From positions 928,001 through 992,000 of the forward strand of contig OY821641.1 of NCBI GenBank assembly GCA_963555995.3: a DNA stretch of 64,000 nucleotides. The letters are read 5' to 3'. Below, piece after piece: positions 45,174 through 53,544 of the stretch. The DNA is from Vicinamibacteria bacterium (GTDB taxonomy: Bacteria; Acidobacteriota; Vicinamibacteria; Marinacidobacterales; Marinacidobacteraceae). The notes under the pieces are model-generated. The model was given only the letters and a program-made list of their open reading frames with translations. It made no database searches and was not told the DNA's origin. Position 1 is the first letter of the stretch, and every line of letters starts with the position of its first letter. Made by a program: the position numbers and the translations under genes.

Positions 45174-47593
45174 GGGGATCGCTCCGACCCCTCGGCGCCG
45201 TCGGCGCCGCGTTCGCCCTGCTGGCCGGCTGCGGGGGTTCCGAGGTCGCGCCGCCGGCCACCATCGGCCCAGCGCCCGGCTACGAGGAGTTGGCGGGGCG
45301 GCTCTCCGCCTTCGTCGAGGCCGAGATGGAGCACAAGCGGATCCCGGCGCTGGCGCTCGCCATCACCGACGGCGGCCGGATCGTCTGGGCGCGGGGCTTC
45401 GGCGAGGCGCGGCCCGGCGTTCCGGCCGACGCGGACACCCTCTTCCGGGTCGGGTCGGTTTCGAAGCTCTTCACCGACATCGCGGTGGTGGCGCGGCACG
45501 AAGCCGGTGAATTCGACCTCGATGCCGAGGTTTCGGACGTTCTTCCGGGATTTCAACCCGCGGGAGTTCCGGAAGTGGGCGGGGTCACACTGCGCCGGCT
45601 GATGGCGCACCGCGCCGGGCTCGTCCGCGAGCCGCCGGTGGGGCACTATTTCGACGACACCGACCCCTCGCTCGCCGCGACCGTCGAGAGTCTGAACGGC
45701 GTCCCGCTCGTCTTCCCGCCCGGGCTCCGGCAGAAGTACTCGAACGCCGGGATCGCGGTGGTCGGCCGGGTGCTGGAACACGTCGCCGGAAGGCCGTTCG
45801 CCGAAGCGGTGACCGCAGACGTGCTCATCCCGCTCGGGCTGGAGTCCAGTTCGTTCTCGCTGGCCTCCGCACCGGCGGAGCGGCTCGCGAACGCCTCGAT
45901 GTGGACCTACGACGGCCGCGAGTTCCCGGCTCCCGACTTCCCGCTCGGGATGGCGCCCGCCGGTTCGATGGTCACCTCGGTGCGCGACCTGGGCCGGTTC
46001 CTGACCGTGATGGCGGGAGGCGAACTCCCGGGCGTGCTGGGTTCGGATGCCCTCGCCGAGATGTGGCGCGTCCAGTTCCCGGAGGATCCCGACGACCCGC
46101 AACCCACCGGCTTCGGGCTCGGCTTCCACCGGGGCCGGCTGGAGACCCGAAACGCGGGCGGCGCGACGGTTTCACATCCGGTGGTCGGTCACGGAGGCGC
46201 GATCTACGGGTACTCCACCGAACTGGCGTTCCTGCCGGACGCGGGTCTCGGCGCCGTGGCGGTCAGCAACGTGGACTTCACGAACGCGGTGGTTTCCCGG
46301 ATCGTCCGGCTGGCCCTCGAGGCCGCGCTGGGCCTCCGCGAGGGGGTCGAGGCGCCGCTGCCCCGGTCCTCGCCGCTGCCCGAGGGACTGTCGAGCCGGC
46401 TTCACGGCGTGTACGCGTCCGAATCCGGCGACCGGCTACGGGTGCTGGCGCGCGGCGGACGCGCCGAGCTGGAGATCGGGAGCGCCACCCTGGAACTTCG
46501 CGCCTCGGAGACACGGGGGGTGCTCATCGCCGACTCGCGGCTTTCCTTCGGCCCCGAGATCGCCATCCGGGGCGAAGACGCGGGAGAGATCCGGTCCCTG
46601 ATCATCGGCGACCGGGAGTTCCGCCGGGTCCCCGAACCCCGCCCGCCCCCTCCGCCGGCGGAGTTCCTCCCCCTGATCGGCGAGTACGGCTGGGACCACA
46701 ACATCCTCTTCGTGTTCGAGCGAGACGGAGCGCTCACCGTGCTGATCGAATGGCTCGAGCGCTACCCGCTGACTGCCGACGCGAGTGACGCGGACCGCTT
46801 CCACTTCCCGGACCGGGGCCTGTACCCCGGCGAGTCCCTGGTGTTTCTGCGCGACGCGGAGGGCCGGGTGACCGGCGCCGACCTCTCGGGAATCGTCTTC
46901 GAGCGCCGTCCCGGACCGGCGGAAGGGACCTTCCGCATCGAGCCGCTGCATCCGGTCGACGAACTCCGCCGTCTCGCGGATGCCGGCTCTCCGCCCGTCG
47001 AGGAAGGGGACTTCCTCGATTCGGATCTCGTGCGGCTCACTGACCTCGACCCCACCATTCGCCTCGACGTCCGCTACGCCGGCGAGAACAACTTCATGGG
47101 GACGGCGTTCTACCAGGTGGCGGACGCCTTCCTGCAGCGACCCGCCGCCGAGGCGCTGGCCCGAGCGCACGCGGCGCTCGGGGACCGCGGCTACGGAGTC
47201 ATCGTCCACGACGGCTATCGGCCCTGGCGGGTCACGAAGATGTTCTTCGACGCGACCCCCGAACACCAGCGCATCTTCGTGGCTGATCCCGCGTCGGGGT
47301 CGCGGCACAACCGCGGCGCGGCGGTGGACATCGGCCTCTACGACCGGGCGACCGGCGAGGTCCAGGTCTTCGTCTCCGGCTACGACGAGTTCTCGGAACG
47401 CGCCTTCCCGCGTTACGTCGGGGGGACCTCGGAACAGCGCTGGCTCCGGGAACTGCTGCGGCAGGTCATGGAGCGCGAGGGGTTCGACGTGTACGAGCAC
47501 GAGTGGTGGCACTTCGACTACGGCGCCTGGGAGCGCTACGGCATCCAGAACGTGCCGCTCCACCGCATCGGGGAAGGGAACCCCCCGCCGTGA
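45170..47593 (+). CDS. Serine hydrolase (beta-lactamase class C/PBP-like) fused to D-Ala-D-Ala dipeptidase (VanX/M15), lipoprotein
   Basis: Lipobox LAGC; SVSK, YSN, HGG; C-terminal D.YRP, SRHNRGAAVD, EWWHF. Confidence 0.88.
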   Translation: MRGSLRPLGAVGAAFALLAGCGGSEVAPPATIGPAPGYEELAGRLSAFVEAEMEHKRIPALALAITDGGRIVWARGFGEARPGVPADADTLFRVGSVSKLFTDIAVVARHEAGEFDLDAEVSDVLPGFQPAGVPEVGGVTLRRLMAHRAGLVREPPVGHYFDDTDPSLAATVESLNGVPLVFPPGLRQKYSNAGIAVVGRVLEHVAGRPFAEAVTADVLIPLGLESSSFSLASAPAERLANASMWTYDGREFPAPDFPLGMAPAGSMVTSVRDLGRFLTVMAGGELPGVLGSDALAEMWRVQFPEDPDDPQPTGFGLGFHRGRLETRNAGGATVSHPVVGHGGAIYGYSTELAFLPDAGLGAVAVSNVDFTNAVVSRIVRLALEAALGLREGVEAPLPRSSPLPEGLSSRLHGVYASESGDRLRVLARGGRAELEIGSATLELRASETRGVLIADSRLSFGPEIAIRGEDAGEIRSLIIGDREFRRVPEPRPPPPPAEFLPLIGEYGWDHNILFVFERDGALTVLIEWLERYPLTADASDADRFHFPDRGLYPGESLVFLRDAEGRVTGADLSGIVFERRPGPAEGTFRIEPLHPVDELRRLADAGSPPVEEGDFLDSDLVRLTDLDPTIRLDVRYAGENNFMGTAFYQVADAFLQRPAAEALARAHAALGDRGYGVIVHDGYRPWRVTKMFFDATPEHQRIFVADPASGSRHNRGAAVDIGLYDRATGEVQVFVSGYDEFSERAFPRYVGGTSEQRWLRELLRQVMEREGFDVYEHEWWHFDYGAWERYGIQNVPLHRIGEGNPPP

Positions 47594-48315
47594 TCCTCGA
47601 ACTGCTCTCCCGCGAGGGGCGGGAGGCGGCCCGCATCCGGCGCGCCGCCAAGACGCTCACCGAGCGCTACGCGCAGCCCGAGCCGCGCATGGACGCCGCC
47701 GAGCGGCTGGTGCGCATCGGAACCCCCGAAGCGATCTACCAGCTCGCCCGGCGTTTCACCATCACCTCCGGGAACCTGGAACAGGATGACAAGGAGAAGC
47801 GCTGGGTCCGCGACCTCCTGGTCGAATTGGAAGGCCGCGCCTCCGAACCCGTGCGGCGCTACCTGAAGGGTCACGACGAGATCACCTGGGCGATGGACGC
47901 CCTCTCGAAGCTCCTGCCGGCGGAAGAGCTGGCAACGTTCCTCTTCCAGGTGCTCCAGGACGGGGATCCGGTGGCCATCCGGGGGTCCAAGGCGGTCCAG
48001 ATCCTCGACTTCCTCGCCGGGCTCGAAACGGAGGGGATCGCCGCCGGGGTCGCGCGCTGCCTCACGAGCAGCGACGACACGGTGCGGATCGCCGCGGTGG
48101 CCGCGCTCCGCGGCTATGGAGACCAGGAAACCCGGGAAGCGCTTCTCGAGGCCTTCGTCTCGGACGAAGAGGACTCCGTCCGGGTGCGGATCGCGATCGC
48201 GGAACTCTTCGCCGACCTGGAGTGGGAAATCCGCGGTCATCGCCCGGGCGTGGAACGCGTGCTTCCCGACGGCTTCCGGGTCAGCTCCCGCGGCCGGATC
48301 GTCCGGGCCGGGTAG
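47590..48315 (+). CDS. HEAT-repeat protein
   Basis: R..AA..L and D..VR.AAV.AL helical repeats; GTGA-coupled. Confidence 0.7.
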   Translation: MILELLSREGREAARIRRAAKTLTERYAQPEPRMDAAERLVRIGTPEAIYQLARRFTITSGNLEQDDKEKRWVRDLLVELEGRASEPVRRYLKGHDEITWAMDALSKLLPAEELATFLFQVLQDGDPVAIRGSKAVQILDFLAGLETEGIAAGVARCLTSSDDTVRIAAVAALRGYGDQETREALLEAFVSDEEDSVRVRIAIAELFADLEWEIRGHRPGVERVLPDGFRVSSRGRIVRAG

Positions 48316-48418
48316 TCGTCCGGTGGACAAAAGGAGTCACCCCGGAAGCCGCCCATCCACCCCGAGGCCGGAATCTGTGGCATCCTCAGCGCACCAGCCT
48401 CCGGAGCAACTTCGAATC

Positions 48419-49531
48419 GTGACGCGCGCGCCCCGCACCGACGCCGAGGCGGGACGGCGTGGGCGCGCGGGCGCCGGGAGCGCCACATCGCTCCTGTTCC
48501 GGGGCGATGTGCTCGACGCCTACCCGACGTGGCCCGCGCCCTCGACGATCGTTTCCGACGGCGCGTACGGCGTTGGGGGATTTCCGGGCGATCCGCGGAC
48601 CGCGGAGGGGCTCGAAGCCTGGTACGCGCCCCATGTCGCCGCCTGGGAGCGGTACGCAACGCCCTCGACGACCCTCTGGTTCTGGAACACCGAGTTGGGC
48701 TGGGCGCGGGTGCATCCGCTGTTGGAACGGCACGGCTTCGAATACGTGCAGACCGTCGTGTGGGACAAGGGCGTCGCCCACATCGCCGGCAACGTGAACG
48801 GCGGCACGATCCGGCGATTTCCGGTGGTTACGGAAGTCTGCGTGTTCTATCGGCGACGCCCCGAGTTCCGTACCGTGGAGGGGCCCATGGCGCCTCGGGA
48901 GTGGCTCCGCTACGAATGGCGCCGCGCCGGCCTGCGGTTCGCCCTGGCGAACGAGGCCTGTGGGGTCCGGAACGCCGCGACCCGTAAGTACCTGGCTTCG
49001 GACTGGCTCTGGTATTGGCCCCCTCCGGCGATGATGGAGCGGCTCGTGGGGTATGCCAATGAGCACGGCCAGCCGGCAGGTGCGCCGTATTTCTCGCTGG
49101 ACGGCGAGAGACCGGTGACCGCTCGCGAATGGGCATCCCTCCGGGATCGCTGGCACCACATCCACGGCGTTACCAACGTCTGGTCCGCACCTCCGTTGCA
49201 CGGCGGCGAGCGGTACAAGGGCAATGGCGTCCGGTCGGCGCCCCGCGTACATCGTCCCGGCGCGGGCGCGGCTGTCCATCTCAACCAGAAGCCGCTGGAG
49301 TTCATGCGCCGGATCCTGAACGCTTCGACGGACCCGGGCGACGTGGTGTGGGAGCCCTTCGGCGGCCTCTGCAGCGCATCGGTTGCCGCCATCGAACTGG
49401 GCCGGCGTCCATTCGCCGCGGAGGCCGTGGACCGGTTCGCCGAGCTGGCCGCCGACCGCCTGCGCCACGCTCTCGCAACCGTCGAACAGAGCCTGTTTCC
49501 GCCGTCCGCCGCCGGGACGGACCCAACATGA
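48419..49531 (+). CDS. N6A/N4C DNA methyltransferase (beta class)
   Basis: Motif IV variant SDGAY near N-terminus; H.NQKP; motif I EPFGGLCS near C-terminus. Confidence 0.85.
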   Translation: MTRAPRTDAEAGRRGRAGAGSATSLLFRGDVLDAYPTWPAPSTIVSDGAYGVGGFPGDPRTAEGLEAWYAPHVAAWERYATPSTTLWFWNTELGWARVHPLLERHGFEYVQTVVWDKGVAHIAGNVNGGTIRRFPVVTEVCVFYRRRPEFRTVEGPMAPREWLRYEWRRAGLRFALANEACGVRNAATRKYLASDWLWYWPPPAMMERLVGYANEHGQPAGAPYFSLDGERPVTAREWASLRDRWHHIHGVTNVWSAPPLHGGERYKGNGVRSAPRVHRPGAGAAVHLNQKPLEFMRRILNASTDPGDVVWEPFGGLCSASVAAIELGRRPFAAEAVDRFAELAADRLRHALATVEQSLFPPSAAGTDPT

Positions 49532-50439
49532 ACGTACCCGCCGCCCCCGCCCCCCCGCTGCTGGATGCCGACGATCCCCGGACCCGGTTGGCGGACCGGG
49601 TGAGGGAGGCCCTGAGGGCGTTGCCCGCCTACTTCGACTCCAAGACCAACATCGAGGGTTTGGGAGTCACCGACCTCTTCTCCCTGAACGCCCTGCTGGC
49701 GTCCACGATCGAGGTCCAAGTCGTGGAGACGCTGAATCGGATGCGTTCGGTGTGGGATCCCGGAAACGAATGGCCGCTCTATTCGTTCGAGCGGCAGGCA
49801 CAGACGTTTCCTGATGTCCTGCTCCGCCGGCGCGCGGGTGATGGCAGTTCCGCGGTGGCGCTCGGGATCGAGCTGAAGGGCTGGTACCTGCTTGCGAAAG
49901 AGGGGGTGCCGAGTTTCCGCTACACGGTGACGCCGGGGGCGTGTGCCGAGTGGGACCTGCTGGCCGTGGTGCCGTGGCACCTGGAGAACGTGCTGGCGGG
50001 CGCCCCGCGGGTGGGAATTCCGGGTGTCTGGTCGGCCAGACACGCGGCCGAATACCGGAACTGGTGGTGGCGCCACCAGCGCAGCGCCCAGTCGGACTCG
50101 ACCATCGAGATGCCGCCCGACGCCCGGCCGCATGACCGGCGCGACCACACCGCCGACCGTCCGGTGTCGGACAAGGGCGGCAACTTCGGACGAATTGCCC
50201 GAATCGGCATCATGCGGGACTGGATCGACCGGCAACAGGTGGCTCCGATTGCGGGGATTCCGGCGCGGAACTGGGTCGAGTTTCTCCGGCGGCACGCAGA
50301 CCAGAGCGATCCCCAACTGGTTTTTGACCAACTGGTCAAGGAGGTCGAAGCGGCAAGGGATTCGGCGGGAACGCCCGCTCTCGCACAAGCGATGGACGCG
50401 CTCCGGCACTTGATCCAGGCGCTTCCCCGAAACGACTGA
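49528..50439 (+). CDS. Probable Type II restriction endonuclease (PD-(D/E)xK)
   Basis: FPDVLL...GIELKGW catalytic motif; ATGA overlap with MTase. Confidence 0.7.
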   Translation: MNVPAAPAPPLLDADDPRTRLADRVREALRALPAYFDSKTNIEGLGVTDLFSLNALLASTIEVQVVETLNRMRSVWDPGNEWPLYSFERQAQTFPDVLLRRRAGDGSSAVALGIELKGWYLLAKEGVPSFRYTVTPGACAEWDLLAVVPWHLENVLAGAPRVGIPGVWSARHAAEYRNWWWRHQRSAQSDSTIEMPPDARPHDRRDHTADRPVSDKGGNFGRIARIGIMRDWIDRQQVAPIAGIPARNWVEFLRRHADQSDPQLVFDQLVKEVEAARDSAGTPALAQAMDALRHLIQALPRND

Positions 50440-50529
50440 CGAGACGCGGATGCGTTCGCCGGATCGCCCGTCTCCCGTGAACGGCGAGTCGGCGGCGCGA
50501 ACCGGGGTCGGAGTACGGGGAGGCTGACG

Positions 50530-51963
50530 GTGTCCCTTTCCACCGTTCTCGTCGTCCTCGGGTATCTCGCGGGGATCACCGCCTTCGGGATCTGGGTGGG
50601 CCGGCGCGACCGCTCGGTGACCGGGTTCTTCCTGGCCGGCCGCTCGGCGCCCTTCTGGGCGGTGGCGGCGTGCATCGTGGCCACCGAAACCAGCGTCCTG
50701 ACCTTCACCTCGATTCCGGGGTTCGCCTACGAGGGCAACTTCGGCTTCCTCCAGTTGGCCGTCGGGTTCCTGCTGGGCCGGGTGGGGATCGCGCTGGTGC
50801 TGCTGCCGGCGTATTTCCGCGGGGAGGTGGTGACGACCTACGAACTGCTGCTGAAGCGCTTCGGGACCCGGGTGCGGAGCGCGGCGGCGGCGATCTTCCT
50901 GGTGTACCGGAACCTCGCCGACGGGGTCCGGCTGCACGCGGCGGCGCTCATGGTGGCGATCGTGGCCGGAGTGCCCGAGTGGTGGTGCATCGTGGCGCTC
51001 GCCGCCGCGATGGTGGCGTTCTCGGAGGAGGGCGGGGTCAAGGCCACGATCTGGACCGACGTGATCCAGCTCGGGGTGTACCTGGTCGGGGCGGGGATCG
51101 TGGTGGCGGCGCTCTGGCAGGGGAGCGGTCCCGAACCGCTGGCGTGGATTCCCGCGGCGCGGGAGGCGGGCAAGTTCGCGGTCGCGCTTCCGGTCTTCGA
51201 CCTCACCATCCCCTACACGGTCTGGGCCGGGGTGATCGGTGGGTTCTTCCTCACCTTCGCGACCCACGGGGCGGACCAGTACCTGGCGCAGCGGCTGCTC
51301 GCGGCGCGTTCGCTCCGCCACGCGCAGGCCGGGCTGGTGCTCTCCGGGTTCGGGGCGCTCTTCCAGTTCGCGCTCTTCCTCGGCATCGGCGCCTGGCTCT
51401 GGCACTACTACGGCGGCCGGGAGTTCGCGCGCCCCGACGAGGTGCTGCCGACCTTCGTGGCCGAGAACATCTCCGGCGTGGCGGCCGGGGTCACCCTCGC
51501 AGCGGTGGTGGCGGCGGCGCTCTCGCCGTCGCTGGTGAGCCTCGCGTCCACCACGGTGCGGGACTTCTGGCTGCCCTGGAAGCGCCGCCGGGGGACGGTT
51601 GCGGCGGCTGCTGACGCCGACCGGCGACAGGTGCGGGTGGGGCGCCAGTTCGTCGTGGTGTGGGGGATCGTGCAGACGGCGGTGGCGCTCATCGCGCAGC
51701 GCGCCCCGTCGGCTCTCGAGGCCGGACTCTCCATCCTCTCCTACGCCTCGGGTCCGACGGTGGGCGCGTTCCTGCTGGCGATCTTCTTCCCGCGGGCGCA
51801 GTCCACCGCGGTCCTCGTCGGGATGGGGGGCGGGTTCGCCGCCCCGGCGCTGATCCGGCTGGCGGGGTTCCCGCTCGCCTGGACCTGGGACGTCATGGTC
51901 GGCTCGCTCGCCACCTTCTCGGTGGGGGTGGCCCTCAGCCGCCTCCGCAACCCGGAGCCGTGA
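50530..51963 (+). CDS. Sodium:solute symporter (SSS family)
   Basis: FFLAGR, ATETS, GG.KA.IWTD..Q, DQ...QR.LAA; many TMs. Confidence 0.92.
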   Translation: MSLSTVLVVLGYLAGITAFGIWVGRRDRSVTGFFLAGRSAPFWAVAACIVATETSVLTFTSIPGFAYEGNFGFLQLAVGFLLGRVGIALVLLPAYFRGEVVTTYELLLKRFGTRVRSAAAAIFLVYRNLADGVRLHAAALMVAIVAGVPEWWCIVALAAAMVAFSEEGGVKATIWTDVIQLGVYLVGAGIVVAALWQGSGPEPLAWIPAAREAGKFAVALPVFDLTIPYTVWAGVIGGFFLTFATHGADQYLAQRLLAARSLRHAQAGLVLSGFGALFQFALFLGIGAWLWHYYGGREFARPDEVLPTFVAENISGVAAGVTLAAVVAAALSPSLVSLASTTVRDFWLPWKRRRGTVAAAADADRRQVRVGRQFVVVWGIVQTAVALIAQRAPSALEAGLSILSYASGPTVGAFLLAIFFPRAQSTAVLVGMGGGFAAPALIRLAGFPLAWTWDVMVGSLATFSVGVALSRLRNPEP

Positions 51964-53495
51964 CCCACTACCGGACCATCCTCGCCGCCTTCCGTTCGTG
52001 GCGGACGCTCTCGGTCACGCTGCTCTCGTTTTCCTCGGGGATTCCGCTCGGCCTCGTCTGGATCGCCATTCCCGACTGGATGCGCGACATCGGGGTGGAC
52101 ATCCGCATCGTCGGGCTCTTCAACCTGGCGCAGATCCCCTGGGCGTTCAAGGTCCTCTGGTCGCCGTTCATGGACCGCTACGTCCCCGGTTTCTGGGGCC
52201 GGCGCCGGGGCTGGATGGCGGTCACCCAGGTCGCGCTGCTCGCGCTGTGCCTGCTGCTCGGGGGCGCCGGGGACCACCCGGACGCCATCTGGGTGGTGGC
52301 GGCGCTGGCGCTGGCGGTGGCGGTCGCCTCGGCTTCGCAGGACATCGTGGTGGACGCCTACGCGGTGGAGGTGCTGCGCCCCGAGGAGCACGGGGTGGCG
52401 GTGGGCGCCCGGGTGGCGCTCTACCGGGCGGCGATGGTGGTCGCGGGAGGCGGCGCGATCAGCGCCGCGGCGCTCCTCGGCTGGGGAGCGGTGAACGCGC
52501 TGCTCGGGCTGCTGTTCCTCCCCTTGATCTTCGTGACCTGGCGCGCCCCGGAGCCGGAAGAGCGCATCCAGCCCCCCCGCACCCTGCGCGACGCGGTCTG
52601 GAAGCCGTTCCTCGAGGCCCTCTCCCGGCCGCGCGCCTTCGAGATCCTGGCCTTCGTCTTCTTCTACAAGTTCGCCGACAACCTGGCCCAGTCGCTCACC
52701 CGGCCGTTCCTGATCGACATGGGCTACGGCGCCGGACACCGGGGGATCGCGCTCGCCACCGTGGGAGTGGTGGTGACCATCGCCGGCACGTTCGCCGGCG
52801 GCCTGTTCACCACGCTCGCCGGGCTGGGGCCGGCGCTGTGGATCTTCGGGGCGCTCCAGATCTTCTCCAACCTCGGCTACTTCTTCGTCGCCGGCGCCGA
52901 GGGGAGCCTCGCCTGGATGTACGGCGCTTCGGCCTTCGAACTGTTGACCGGCGGACTGGGGACCGGAGCGTTTTCGGTCCTCCTGCTGCGGATCACCGAG
53001 AAGCGCTTCTCCGCGACCCAGTACGCGCTCTTCTCCGGGCTCTTCGCCCTGCCGCGCCTGCTCGCGGGTCCGTTCAGCGGGTTCGCGGTGGACGCGCTCG
53101 GTTGGCGGACCTTCTTCCTCTCCACCATGGCGATGGGGATTCCCGGACTGATCCTCCTCCAGCGCTTCTCGCCGCTGGGGGTCCGCGACCCCCGGGTCCT
53201 GCTCGGAACCGGGGACGAGCCGGAGGCGCCCCGGCTGTCCACCGGGCTGGCGCGCCGCTTCGCCGGGTCGGCGCTCCTCGGCGGCGGGACGGTGTTCGTC
53301 TTCGCCGTCCTGCTGGGGGCCCTCAAGGCGATGCGGCTCGAACCCGGGGCCGGCTTCTCCCTGGCGGCGGGGCTCCGGCCGATCCTGGACCCGGCGACCT
53401 TCGCGGACTGGGTCCAGGTGGGAGGGATCCTGGTGCTGGGAGTGATCTCGGGCCTCTTCGGCGCCGCCTTCGCCGCCGCCCGGCGACGGACCTAG
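51960..53495 (+). CDS. ampG: AmpG-family muropeptide MFS transporter
   Basis: FSSG.P, K.LWSP..DR, GRRRGW, SASQDI.VDAY..E, ATQYAL. Confidence 0.88.
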   Translation: MTHYRTILAAFRSWRTLSVTLLSFSSGIPLGLVWIAIPDWMRDIGVDIRIVGLFNLAQIPWAFKVLWSPFMDRYVPGFWGRRRGWMAVTQVALLALCLLLGGAGDHPDAIWVVAALALAVAVASASQDIVVDAYAVEVLRPEEHGVAVGARVALYRAAMVVAGGGAISAAALLGWGAVNALLGLLFLPLIFVTWRAPEPEERIQPPRTLRDAVWKPFLEALSRPRAFEILAFVFFYKFADNLAQSLTRPFLIDMGYGAGHRGIALATVGVVVTIAGTFAGGLFTTLAGLGPALWIFGALQIFSNLGYFFVAGAEGSLAWMYGASAFELLTGGLGTGAFSVLLLRITEKRFSATQYALFSGLFALPRLLAGPFSGFAVDALGWRTFFLSTMAMGIPGLILLQRFSPLGVRDPRVLLGTGDEPEAPRLSTGLARRFAGSALLGGGTVFVFAVLLGALKAMRLEPGAGFSLAAGLRPILDPATFADWVQVGGILVLGVISGLFGAAFAAARRRT

Positions 53496-53544
53496 CCTCC
53501 CCGCCGCTCTGACACCCGTGGCACGCGGGCTAGGCTCCCGGCAG

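Noticed and set aside
45170-47593. Vancomycin-resistance or clinical beta-lactamase gene
   Set aside because: No vanHA/vanRS nearby; lipoprotein fusion beside ampG fits cell-wall recycling better
48316-50529. Transposon or integrative element carrying the R-M pair
   Set aside because: No terminal repeats, target duplication, integrase or transposase visible at either flank
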